DNA from: Bdellovibrionaceae bacterium UBA5009
Lineage (GTDB): Bacteria; Bdellovibrionota; Bdellovibrionia; Bdellovibrionales; Bdellovibrionaceae
Length of the DNA stretch: 41,013 bases
Assembly: GCA_002396665.1 (NCBI GenBank)
Contig: DGYJ01000078.1
Location: 1-41,013, forward strand
Reading direction: 5' to 3'
The position numbers and the translations under genes are program-made. Positions 15,252 to 24,379 of this stretch are shown one piece after another; position 1 is the first letter of the stretch; each line of letters starts with the position of its first letter. The notes beneath the pieces were generated by a model. It did not search any database, was not told the origin of the DNA, and saw only the letters and a list, made by a program, of their open reading frames with translations.

Positions 15252-17486
15252 ATGAAAAATTACACGTTCTTTTCAGTTCTATTTTTACTTATGCTTATTG
15301 AAGTTTCTTGCATGAGTATCATCAAAAAAAATGAAAATACTTCTTCCAAAGAAAATTCCGTAAAAGAGACTCTTCAAAAAGAATCAGCAGGAGCAAAAGT
15401 GGAACAAACCGCTGCTAAAACCGTAAATCCACCTGTCGCCGAAAAAAAACCTTTCGAATTAAAAAAACATAATCACTCGCGAATTGATCCCTACTTCTGG
15501 ATGAAAGACCGCGAGAACCCAAAGGTGATTCAGTACCTGAAAGATGAAAATGCTTATACTGATTTTACATTAAAACCCTATCAAAAACTTCAAGATCAGC
15601 TTTTTGAAGAAATGAAATCAAGGGTCATCGAAGACGAGTCCTCTTACCCAGTGAAGAAAAATAATTACTTTTATTATTCTCGATATATTCCTGGACAACA
15701 ATACCCTGTCTTTGCTCGAAAAAAAGATTCCTTAGACAATCCTGAAGAAATTCTCATTGATGGCAATAAAGCCGCTGTTGGACATACTTTTTATGAATCC
15801 TCTGGTCCCATCGTAAGCCCCAGCCACGAGTGGATGGTTTTTGGCGAAGATACTGTGGGTCGCAGGTTTTACACTTTGCAAATTAAAAATTTATCCAGTG
15901 GACAAGTTCTTCCCTACAAAATCGAAAAGGTCAGATCCAATGTTGTCTGGGCCACTGACAACAAAACATTTTTTTACACCCAACAAGATCCTGAAACACT
16001 TCGCACCGACCGCGTCTTTCGCTTCAATATTGAAACCGGCGAGAAGAAAGAAATATTTTTCGAAAAAGACAGCACTTACAGCGTCTATCTTTATAAAAAT
16101 CTAGCCCATAATTATATTTTCATCATGTCGGCAAGCACACTAAGCACAGAAGTTCGCTACATCAAAGCCGATGAGCCCAATGGCGATTTCAAAATTTTTA
16201 GCCCGCGCGAAAAGGAACATGAATACGAAGTCTATGATGGCGGCGATCGCTTCTTTGTCAAAACAAACTGGAAGGCTAAAAATTATAAACTGATGGAAGC
16301 CAGCTTCAAAGACACCGCCAAAACAAAATGGAAAAATGTCATCCCCCACCGCAGCGATGTCTATTTTGAAGGCGCCACTATCTTTAAGAAATTTTTTGCC
16401 ATCGAAGAAAAAAAAGATGGCTTGCCACTGATTCGCATCATTGACCGCTTAACGAAAAAATCATTCCTTATCCCCTTTGCAGATCCCTCCTACACAGCGA
16501 CAGTTTCTGGGAATGCAGAATATGAATCAAATATCGTGCGGTTCGAGTTCGAGTCCCTGCGCCAACCCGAATCCACTTTTGATTATGATATGATCACCCG
16601 CAAACAAGAGCTTAAAAAAACCAGACAAATTCCAAATTACAATCCAGAAAATTATCGCACAGAGCGAATTTGGGTCAAAGCCCGCGACGGTAAAAAAATT
16701 CCTGTGTCTTTGCTGATGAAAAAAGACTTTAAACCCAATGGACAAAGTCCGATGTTGATATATGCCTATGGTTCCTACGGATCATCAATGACTCCGTGGT
16801 ACAGTCAAAGTTTGTCTAGTCTCATTGACAGAGGCTTTGTCTATGCCTTAGCCCACATTCGTGGCGGGGCAGAACTTGGTCGTGCATGGTACGATGATGG
16901 ACGCGTACTCAATAAAAAAAATACTTTCAATGATTTCATTGATTGCACAGAAAGTTTGATCCAGCAAAACTATGCATCCCCGCTTCGTGTCTACGCCATG
17001 GGTGGAAGCGCCGGTGGATTATTGATGGGATCTATTGCCAACATGAGGCCCGATCTTTACCGCGGCATTGTTGCCCAAGTTCCCTTTGTCGATGTGGTCA
17101 CAACAATGCTTGATGATTCCATCCCACTCACGACTGGGGAATATGACGAGTGGGGAAATCCCAATGTTAAAAAATACTACGACTACATTTTAAGCTATTC
17201 ACCCTACGACAATGTCACAAAAAAAGCTTACCCCAATATGCTTGTCACCACTGGACTTCATGATTCACAAGTTCAGTACTGGGAGCCCGCAAAGTGGGTG
17301 GCCAAGCTTCGCGATCTAAAAACAGACTCAAATATTATTCTACTCAAGACGGATATGGAGGCTGGCCATGGCGGGGCCTCGGGTCGTTTTTCAAGACTTA
17401 AAGAAAAAGCTGTCGAATTTACTTTTATTTTGATGATTGACGGTTTTTCCAACGAGAATAAAACAGCAACGCCGCCACAGTCTTAA
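15252..17486 (+). CDS. ptrB: oligopeptidase B (protease II, S9A prolyl-oligopeptidase family) with an N-terminal export/lipoprotein signal
   Basis: The ATG at 15252 has GAGGT 6 nt upstream; the track start at 15240 is an alternative. The N-terminal region RIDPYFWMKDRENPKVIQYLKDENAYT is typical of PtrB. The catalytic Ser lies in GGSAGGLLMG, and GHGG is near the C-terminus. The leader is MKNYTFFSVLFLLMLIEVSC. Confidence 0.9.
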   Translation: MKNYTFFSVLFLLMLIEVSCMSIIKKNENTSSKENSVKETLQKESAGAKVEQTAAKTVNPPVAEKKPFELKKHNHSRIDPYFWMKDRENPKVIQYLKDENAYTDFTLKPYQKLQDQLFEEMKSRVIEDESSYPVKKNNYFYYSRYIPGQQYPVFARKKDSLDNPEEILIDGNKAAVGHTFYESSGPIVSPSHEWMVFGEDTVGRRFYTLQIKNLSSGQVLPYKIEKVRSNVVWATDNKTFFYTQQDPETLRTDRVFRFNIETGEKKEIFFEKDSTYSVYLYKNLAHNYIFIMSASTLSTEVRYIKADEPNGDFKIFSPREKEHEYEVYDGGDRFFVKTNWKAKNYKLMEASFKDTAKTKWKNVIPHRSDVYFEGATIFKKFFAIEEKKDGLPLIRIIDRLTKKSFLIPFADPSYTATVSGNAEYESNIVRFEFESLRQPESTFDYDMITRKQELKKTRQIPNYNPENYRTERIWVKARDGKKIPVSLLMKKDFKPNGQSPMLIYAYGSYGSSMTPWYSQSLSSLIDRGFVYALAHIRGGAELGRAWYDDGRVLNKKNTFNDFIDCTESLIQQNYASPLRVYAMGGSAGGLLMGSIANMRPDLYRGIVAQVPFVDVVTTMLDDSIPLTTGEYDEWGNPNVKKYYDYILSYSPYDNVTKKAYPNMLVTTGLHDSQVQYWEPAKWVAKLRDLKTDSNIILLKTDMEAGHGGASGRFSRLKEKAVEFTFILMIDGFSNENKTATPPQS

Positions 17487-18000
17487 CATCTGTCATCTGC
17501 CCTTGGTCTAACAAATCAAGGGCCTCATCCAAACTGATCTCGACCAAATTTAAAAACTCGCCTTCATCCCTTTTATAACCCACATCGTTCATTTCTTCGG
17601 CCACGTAGATATCAATAAACTCGTTACAATATCCAATGGCAGGATGGATTTGTGTCAGGTAAGTCCACTTTTTGGCCTCACAACCGACCTCTTCCTTCAG
17701 CTCACGAATAGCTGTTTCAGAGGTCACTTCTTGAGGATCTCGCTTGCCTGCAGGAAATTCTAGAAAAACTTTTTTCAAAGGATAACGATATTGCTCGACC
17801 ATGATCAAATTGCCATTCGACAATACTGGAATCATGACTGCAGCACCGGGATGAGTAATATACTCGCGGTAATCTTCCGTTTGATCGGGTAAAATAATTT
17901 CATCACGGTAGACTTTAATAAATCCACCATTAAATATTTGCTCGGTTTTTTTAGTTTTCTCTTCGAGATTCTGGGGCTTTTCATTTTTATAGTACTTCAA
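17425..18000 (-). CDS. NUDIX hydrolase (ADP-ribose pyrophosphatase-like)
   Basis: 191-aa ORF with a TTG start 7 nt after GGAGG. The Nudix box is GKRDPQEVTSETAIRELKEEVGCEA. Its 3' end overlaps the ptrB 3' end by 62 bp. Confidence 0.85.
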   Translation of the reverse strand: MKYYKNEKPQNLEEKTKKTEQIFNGGFIKVYRDEIILPDQTEDYREYITHPGAAVMIPVLSNGNLIMVEQYRYPLKKVFLEFPAGKRDPQEVTSETAIRELKEEVGCEAKKWTYLTQIHPAIGYCNEFIDIYVAEEMNDVGYKRDEGEFLNLVEISLDEALDLLDQGQMTDVKTVAALLFYSRWKNRQSSK

Positions 18001-18098
18001 GACTGGACCTCCATCTCGGTTTTAAATTCTGGGTCTTGCCGCCAGCAAGCCATGAAGAGATGATTATAAAGTGAATTTTTGAAAAAGAGGAGCTTCGC

Positions 18099-18827
18099 GT
18101 GAAAAAAACAGCACCATTTTTATTAGTTATATTCATTTTTCTAGTCACTGCATTATTTGCTATTCCATCGGCCTTCGCGGCCGGCAGCAAAAGTGGTGGA
18201 CATTCCCTTGGTATAGGCTTTGGCATCACATCAGCAGTTCAAAAAGATTTAAATTCAATCATCGACAGTGTGAATACAAGTGCCGGCGCGAATACTAAAA
18301 ATGTAAATTCAGCCTATGAATTTTCTGCCCAGTATGCCTACAGATTTTCGGGATCAATTTTCGGTCTTGTGTTTAGACCTAGCTACTTCACTGCCAGCGG
18401 AAAAGGAACAAACGCGGCAGGATCTAGTTACAATCACGAATTAACTGGTTACACATTTTTTCCTCTGCTTAGAATTTATCCTCTTGAAAACTCATTTATC
18501 CGATTCTATATGCAAGCAGGTCTTGGATATGGATACCTTGGTGGCCGAGTAGTCCAAGGGACAAACGAGATGAAATACTCTGGGTCAAATTTAGGCGAGC
18601 AAGCTGGACTTGGAGCTGATTTCTGCTTCACACCAAATCATTGCATGGCCATCGAAGGAAACTTTAGATATTTACCCATCGAAAGAAACTCGGCTGATTC
18701 TTTAACAGGAACAATGACTGGTTTTACCCAAGCCCAAAGCGGTAAAGAAGTTGAGTACAGTGGAAATGATATGTCGACAACGATGTCTGGAATTCAAGGA
18801 TCTGTTTCTTATATTTTTAACTTCTAA
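18099..18827 (+). CDS. outer-membrane beta-barrel protein
   Basis: GTG start 6 nt after GAGGAG (18087-18092). Signal peptide ...AIPSAFAA, an alternating beta-strand pattern, and a terminal Phe (YIFNF). Confidence 0.65.
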   Translation: MKKTAPFLLVIFIFLVTALFAIPSAFAAGSKSGGHSLGIGFGITSAVQKDLNSIIDSVNTSAGANTKNVNSAYEFSAQYAYRFSGSIFGLVFRPSYFTASGKGTNAAGSSYNHELTGYTFFPLLRIYPLENSFIRFYMQAGLGYGYLGGRVVQGTNEMKYSGSNLGEQAGLGADFCFTPNHCMAIEGNFRYLPIERNSADSLTGTMTGFTQAQSGKEVEYSGNDMSTTMSGIQGSVSYIFNF

Positions 18828-18854
18828 TTTTTAAAATTTACAGATTCAATTTAG

Positions 18855-18883
18855 AAAGCCCACAACAATCTGGGCTTTTTTTA
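18855..18883. terminator. rho-independent terminator between the convergent OMP and lpxH genes
   Basis: AAAGCCCA-caacaatc-TGGGCTTT forms an 8-bp stem and is followed by a T-run. It lies 28 nt after the OMP stop and 11 nt from the lpxH stop. Confidence 0.6.
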
Positions 18884-18893
18884 TTTCATCAGA

Positions 18894-19631
18894 TTAATCG
18901 AGTCTCACCCACTCAACTTGCCCAGCATTCAACTTAAGAATTTGAATTTCCTCAAACCAGCTCCCCAGGTTGATGGATCTGATTTTTTTCCCATGGACCT
19001 CGAATTGATAATCATCACGAACATGCATATGTCCTGAAATAATCAGATCAAAACCATCAGAATTATAAACTCTGTGGGCATGATGACGAATCATCTTTTG
19101 AATTTCATCTGCATTTTGCTTTTGATACACGATGCTTTTTTTGCGACTAATTCCAGCCCAGGCCTGCCCCACTTTTTGCCAAAATTGTCCAGGGACCAGA
19201 TGCCCCACTCTTTCAGTCATAGGATGTCTTAAAAATCTTCGCAGTCTTAGATAAGCTTCGTCCTCGAGATTGATCAAATCCCCATGCTCTAGTCGAACTT
19301 TTAAGCCATCAATATCCATCACCTGAGCTTCTGTAAATACTTCAGCGCCGAGCTCGTCTCTCCAGTAAGGATGAATATGTAAATCGTGATTTCCTTCAAA
19401 GAAATAAATCTTCCATCCCTGGGATTTTAATAATTCCATTAAGCGAATCACATCAGAAAATTTCTTTTTAAAAACAGGATGCCCAGAAATCCAAAGATCA
19501 AAAATATCGCCAAGCAAAAATAAATTCCCAGGATTTTTTTGTGTTAATGAAAGCAAAAAGCGCAGAAGAATTTGTCCTCTGCGCTCGTTGACTGATTTTA
19601 AATGGATATCAGATAAAAAGTAGCTCTCCAC
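18894..19631 (-). CDS. lpxH: UDP-2,3-diacylglucosamine pyrophosphatase LpxH
   Basis: 245 aa with a GTG start 3 nt after the ftsZ stop. Calcineurin-like metallophosphoesterase motifs in LpxH order: SDIHL, LLGDIFDLWI, EGNHD, EHGD, SGHMH, NLGSW. Confidence 0.85.
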   Translation of the reverse strand: MESYFLSDIHLKSVNERRGQILLRFLLSLTQKNPGNLFLLGDIFDLWISGHPVFKKKFSDVIRLMELLKSQGWKIYFFEGNHDLHIHPYWRDELGAEVFTEAQVMDIDGLKVRLEHGDLINLEDEAYLRLRRFLRHPMTERVGHLVPGQFWQKVGQAWAGISRKKSIVYQKQNADEIQKMIRHHAHRVYNSDGFDLIISGHMHVRDDYQFEVHGKKIRSINLGSWFEEIQILKLNAGQVEWVRLD

Positions 19632-19634
19632 GAA

Positions 19635-21248
19635 CTACTCTTTATGAAAATCGAGCCCTTGTCTTTTGCGAATAAAAGCTGGCACTTCAAGATTTTGATT
19701 TTGAGCAAATGGTGAAGTTAAAGCCTCACGCGCTACTCGGCGGGCTTCATCAAGACTTGGTTCGTGATCCACATTCAAAGACAATTGCTCTGGAGTTGGA
19801 TAACGATGTTTCATATCTTGGCTTTCTTTAAAAGCTTTCGCTTTGGCCATTAAAAGTTCACGGGAACGAATCGCAGAATCTGCAATCGAAGACTCTGTCG
19901 GACGAATCGGCATTGCCACTTCTTGATGGTGTTGTTCAACTTGCATTTGCTGATGAACAGCTGCTTGTTGAGGCATTTCTTGCTCAAGATGCATTTCATT
20001 TTCTTGCGCAAAATTCATCACTGAATTTTGAACATCAGAAATTGGTGGCAATTCCACAGGCATCGGAGGCGGAGGCATTTGAATTGTCGGCATTGAAGCC
20101 GCCATGCTTGGCATTTGACTCATTTGCTGATTCATCTGCGGATTCATTTGATTCATTGCCGGCATGCCATTCATGACAGGCATTCCGTTCATAGGCATAT
20201 TCGGCATTGCAGATGACATCATCGAAGCTGGTTGTCCATTCAAGAAATTTTGCATTTGAGACAAAGCTTCGCTTCCGATTTTTTTATGCTCTGGTTCAGC
20301 AAATCCAGTGGCAATAACAGTCACGCGAACTTCGTCACCCATTTTCTCATCAATAACAGCACCGAAGATGATTTCAGCATCTTCATGGGCAGCTTCTGTG
20401 ATCAGAGTTGAAGCCTCATTGACTTCATACAAGCTCAAGTCTGGTCCACCAGTGACGTTGATGATAATACCAGTTGCGCCATCAATTTTAATATTTTCAA
20501 GAAGCGGAGAAGAAATCGCCATAGTCGCTGCTTCAACTGCGCGGTTTTCACCAACAGCTGCACCAGTTCCCATGATTGCCATACCTTTTTCTTTCATAAC
20601 AGTGCGAATGTCAGCAAAATCTAAATTGATCAAACCACGAATGTTGATCAAGTCAGAGATCCCTTTCACAGCTTGCAACAGAACTTCGTCCGCTTTTTTG
20701 AAAGTTTCCAAAAGAGGAGTCCGTTCAGCTGCAATTGATAATAATTTTTGATTAGGAATAACGATTAAAGTATCGACATTGTCTTTTAATTCTTGAAGAC
20801 CGTATTCAGCGTGCTTGCCGCGTTTTTTACCTTCAAACATAAAAGGTTTTGTCACAACACCAATCGTCAATGCCCCAAGTTCACGGGCAATTTTTGCTAC
20901 GATGGGCGCCCCGCCAGTACCAGTTCCGCCACCCATTCCTGCAGTGACAAAAACCATGTCGGCGCCTTCTAATTTTTCAACGATTTGATTGTAAGATTCA
21001 ATGGCAGCGCGACGACCCACATCTGGATTTGCACCAGCACCAAGGCCCTTTGTCAGATCCAAACCAAGTTGAATTTTTTGAGCCGCTTTACTTGCATTCA
21101 AAGCTTGGATGTCTGTATTTGCGACGATGAATTCAACGCCATCCATTTTTGATTCGATCATTGTTGCAACAGCATTACTGCCGCCACCACCAACGCCGAC
21201 CACTTTGATATTTGCTCCGATATTAATATTTTCTTCTAGCTCGAACAT
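19635..21248 (-). CDS. ftsZ: cell division GTPase FtsZ with a very long C-terminal linker
   Basis: Tubulin signature GGGTGTGG, N-terminal [12 protein letters not shown], and the conserved C-terminal peptide [12 protein letters not shown]. It is 537 aa, compared with about 380 aa for the minimal protein. Confidence 0.97.
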   Translation of the reverse strand: MFELEENINIGANIKVVGVGGGGSNAVATMIESKMDGVEFIVANTDIQALNASKAAQKIQLGLDLTKGLGAGANPDVGRRAAIESYNQIVEKLEGADMVFVTAGMGGGTGTGGAPIVAKIARELGALTIGVVTKPFMFEGKKRGKHAEYGLQELKDNVDTLIVIPNQKLLSIAAERTPLLETFKKADEVLLQAVKGISDLINIRGLINLDFADIRTVMKEKGMAIMGTGAAVGENRAVEAATMAISSPLLENIKIDGATGIIINVTGGPDLSLYEVNEASTLITEAAHEDAEIIFGAVIDEKMGDEVRVTVIATGFAEPEHKKIGSEALSQMQNFLNGQPASMMSSAMPNMPMNGMPVMNGMPAMNQMNPQMNQQMSQMPSMAASMPTIQMPPPPMPVELPPISDVQNSVMNFAQENEMHLEQEMPQQAAVHQQMQVEQHHQEVAMPIRPTESSIADSAIRSRELLMAKAKAFKESQDMKHRYPTPEQLSLNVDHEPSLDEARRVAREALTSPFAQNQNLEVPAFIRKRQGLDFHKE

Positions 21249-21274
21249 TTATCCCCCTGTTGCAAAACTCAAAA

Positions 21275-22528
21275 TTAAAAAATCTCTCCAAAGAAGTTTT
21301 TAATTTTGCGAGTAACTCCATCTAAAGAGTCTCCGATGTTTAAATCCCCTGCTGCTTGTTGCATGAGCAGCTCTTTTTTCTGTTGAAAACCATAGATCAA
21401 TAAACCGACAGCCGTGGCATGACTTGCAGATTTCACAATGTCACTTAGGCCACCGATTTGTGACGGAAGGCCTCGACGAACTGGGATTTCGAAAATGAAT
21501 TCGCCCATTTCAATAAGACCTTCTAGCTGACTCGCTCCTCCGGTCAAAACCAGTCCAGAGCCCAAGAAAGGCATAAACCCGCTTCGACGAACATCATCAG
21601 CAATTAAACTTAAAACTTCTTCAGCTCTGGCCTCAAGAACATCAGCCAAATCTTTGCGTGGAATTTGTCGCGATTTGCGTCCGCCAACACCATCCACATC
21701 AATTGTTTCATGATCAGCCACCAAAGACGACATGGCACAACCATGCTTCTTTTTTAAATCTTCAGCTGACATCTGTGGAGTTCTTAAGCCCACAGCCACA
21801 TCGTGTGTAAAATGTTGTCCACCAACAGGAATCACTGAGGAGTGGGCCACACTGCCATTGACAAAATAAATCAGGTTGCAAGTTCCGCCACCCATATCAA
21901 CAACACAGACGCCAAGATTTTTTTCGTCTTCAGAAAGGACAGACAATGAAGACGCTAAAGGATCCAAAACAAGTCCGTTAATTCTAAGACCAGCTTTTTC
22001 AACACATTTCACAGTGTTGTTCAAAGCCGTTTGTCCACCCGTGACGATGTGAACATTGGCCTCAAGGCGCACACCTGACATCCCAACAGGATCGGTGATT
22101 CCATCTTGACCATCCACTTTGTATTCACGTGGAAGAACATGTAAAACTTGTCGATCCGCAGGAACAGCAACGGCCTTTGCCGCTTCGATCACTCGATCGA
22201 TATCACTGCTGCCGACTTCTTTGTTACGAATGGCTACCATGCCTTTAGAATCAAAAGAGGTAATGTGAGTTCCAGAAACACCAACCCACACATCCTGGAT
22301 TTGGTAACCAGACATGAGCTCTGCTTCTTCTTTGGCTTTACGAATAGATTCTGTTGTGGCTTCAATGTTCACAACAACGCCTTGGCGCATTCCCACATTG
22401 GGTGCGTGTCCAAGTCCTGAGATTTCAATTTTACCTTCAGGAGTCACCGAGCCAATAACAAACGAGACCTTGGTCGAGCCAAGATCAAGCCCAGCGATAA
22501 TTGGATTTTTAGGTTTGTTCATACTCAT
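21275..22528 (-). CDS. ftsA: cell division protein FtsA (actin-like ATPase)
   Basis: 417 aa. GLDLGSTKV phosphate-1 motif, VVDMGGGT, and a C-terminal amphipathic tail KIKNFFGEIF. It is positioned between ftsQ and ftsZ. Confidence 0.95.
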   Translation of the reverse strand: MSMNKPKNPIIAGLDLGSTKVSFVIGSVTPEGKIEISGLGHAPNVGMRQGVVVNIEATTESIRKAKEEAELMSGYQIQDVWVGVSGTHITSFDSKGMVAIRNKEVGSSDIDRVIEAAKAVAVPADRQVLHVLPREYKVDGQDGITDPVGMSGVRLEANVHIVTGGQTALNNTVKCVEKAGLRINGLVLDPLASSLSVLSEDEKNLGVCVVDMGGGTCNLIYFVNGSVAHSSVIPVGGQHFTHDVAVGLRTPQMSAEDLKKKHGCAMSSLVADHETIDVDGVGGRKSRQIPRKDLADVLEARAEEVLSLIADDVRRSGFMPFLGSGLVLTGGASQLEGLIEMGEFIFEIPVRRGLPSQIGGLSDIVKSASHATAVGLLIYGFQQKKELLMQQAAGDLNIGDSLDGVTRKIKNFFGEIF

Positions 22529-22582
22529 CCCTAAGTCCTTGTCTTTTTTAAAGAACTCGTCTTGAGTCCTTCAGACTTTAGC

Positions 22583-23344
22583 TTAGGGATCCTTACGCAA
22601 CCTGACAAGAACTTTCTGCGAGAGGTTTGCATCTATGACGCGAGCTTTAAATTCTTTTGATTCCATATAGTCAAGCACCTGTGAAACTCGCGCACTCTTC
22701 AAGGCGAATTGATCATCACCCATTTTAACTTGCACATCTTTTTCGATCAATGAAACCCAGAATCCATTTTTGTTATCATAACCAACTTCTGAAATATTTT
22801 TTGCAGACATGGGCCCCGTGGATGGAAGCTCGTTCAAAAGTTGAATCGCTTTTTTACGAAGCTCGCGATCGTTTTGAAATTTTTCACCACGCAGCAGGGT
22901 TACATCCGGGGCTTGCTTCAGAGGAATTTCCGCAAGTTCTTTTCCATCTTGTAAAATAGGACGAATTTTTCCAGCCGCAACCACTTGTAAAAATTTTACT
23001 TCTTTAGCCACAACTTTGACTTTTAAAGTTGAAGGCCATTCCCGAGACAAATTCACTTGGTCAATCCACGCCAGCTTATCCAATTTTTGAAATACTTTAC
23101 GAAGATTAATGTCGATCAAGGATTCGCCCTTGTACTCTTGAAGACTGTCAGAAAGCTCACTCAATAATGGTGCGATATAATTTTTTGCCACTTTTTCGTC
23201 TTGATCAAGCTCGATGGAAATTTGCTGAACATTAAAAAAGCCCTGCTTGTTCAACTGAAAAATTAAAGCGAACAACCCACCGGGAATAAATAAAATAAAA
23301 AAGAAAATTTTTAAAACTGTTCGCTTCACTGGTGTTAATGCCAA
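22583..23344 (-). CDS. ftsQ: cell division protein FtsQ (POTRA domain)
   Basis: TTG start 6 nt after GAGGT. One N-terminal TM helix (IFFFILFIPGGLFALIF). POTRA-like ...VNLSREWPSTLKVKVVAKE. Positioned between murB and ftsA. Confidence 0.8.
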   Translation of the reverse strand: MALTPVKRTVLKIFFFILFIPGGLFALIFQLNKQGFFNVQQISIELDQDEKVAKNYIAPLLSELSDSLQEYKGESLIDINLRKVFQKLDKLAWIDQVNLSREWPSTLKVKVVAKEVKFLQVVAAGKIRPILQDGKELAEIPLKQAPDVTLLRGEKFQNDRELRKKAIQLLNELPSTGPMSAKNISEVGYDNKNGFWVSLIEKDVQVKMGDDQFALKSARVSQVLDYMESKEFKARVIDANLSQKVLVRLRKDP

Positions 23345-23386
23345 GCTGTAACCTCGTTGATCTACGGATATTCTAGCTTAGATTTT

Positions 23387-24379
23387 CTAGCTAAACGAAG
23401 AATTTGATGAATCAACAGACAAAGGTCCTAGAAAGACCACTTCAGTCAGCAGCTGAACTTTTGTTTTTTCGAGCACCACTTTTTGCACATGACGTATCAA
23501 ACGAAGCAAATCTTCAGCCTTAGCGCCACCGGCATTAATTAAAAAATTCGCGTGCTTCACCGACACCTCTGCACCGCCAATTTTAAACCCCTTCAGTCCA
23601 CACTGATCAATCAACTGCGCCGCCTTGTGCCCTGGCGGGTTTACAAAAGTGGATCCACAACTTGGCCAATCCAAGGGCTGCTTAGACAAACGAAGACGAT
23701 TCGCTTCTTTTACTTTTTCAAGAATTGTTTCGTCTGGGACCATGGGCCATTCAATCTTAACCTTAGAAATAAATCCTGGCTTCCAGCCTTCACAATGCCT
23801 GTAGGACCAATTGAGATCTTGATGGGAAAACTTCCGTCTTTCAAAATGACTTTCAGCAGAACTTCCATTGGAGCTTCTGTCTGCAATGCGATTTTGCATA
23901 GGGCGAAGAACTTCAATTTCGCTAACGATTTCACAGAATTCCCGTGGGACCATATTTTCAGCAACACCAGCATTCATGTAAACGCCACCGCCCACTTGCC
24001 CAGGAATTCCTGCCAAAAACAAGGCTGGTGATAATTTATGCTTTAAAAAAAATTTAAGCAGTTCAGATTTTGCCGCACCAGATTCGCAATCCAAAATAAG
24101 TTTATTATTTTCAATTCGAGAATGAATTTTAGAATATTTTTTCAAGGCAATCACAAGCCCCGGAATACCTTGATCAGAAACTAAAACATTACTTCCAGAT
24201 CCAAGAAAAGTAACAGGAATTTTTTTTGATAAAGCCCAGGACCAAACCGCCTGAAGCTCGCCTTCACTTTGTGGTGTTGCAAAATATTCAGCATCACCGC
24301 CAACCTGCCAAGAATTCCAAGATTTTAAATTGATTTGTCTTTGGACGCCGTTTGGAATTTCAGCTGAATCATTTCCCAT
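23387..24379 (-). CDS. murB: UDP-N-acetylenolpyruvoylglucosamine reductase MurB
   Basis: 330 aa. FAD-binding region GSGSNVLV, then AGIPGQVGGGVYMNAG and GSTFVNP. The start overlaps the murC stop by 11 nt. Confidence 0.9.
   Translation of the reverse strand: MGNDSAEIPNGVQRQINLKSWNSWQVGGDAEYFATPQSEGELQAVWSWALSKKIPVTFLGSGSNVLVSDQGIPGLVIALKKYSKIHSRIENNKLILDCESGAAKSELLKFFLKHKLSPALFLAGIPGQVGGGVYMNAGVAENMVPREFCEIVSEIEVLRPMQNRIADRSSNGSSAESHFERRKFSHQDLNWSYRHCEGWKPGFISKVKIEWPMVPDETILEKVKEANRLRLSKQPLDWPSCGSTFVNPPGHKAAQLIDQCGLKGFKIGGAEVSVKHANFLINAGGAKAEDLLRLIRHVQKVVLEKTKVQLLTEVVFLGPLSVDSSNSSFS

Noticed and set aside
20308-20751. 147-aa plus-strand ORF antisense to ftsZ, together with similar antisense ORFs in ftsA, murB, murC, murD, murF and murE
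   Set aside because: These are antisense shadows of strongly identified housekeeping genes. They have no RBS or motifs.
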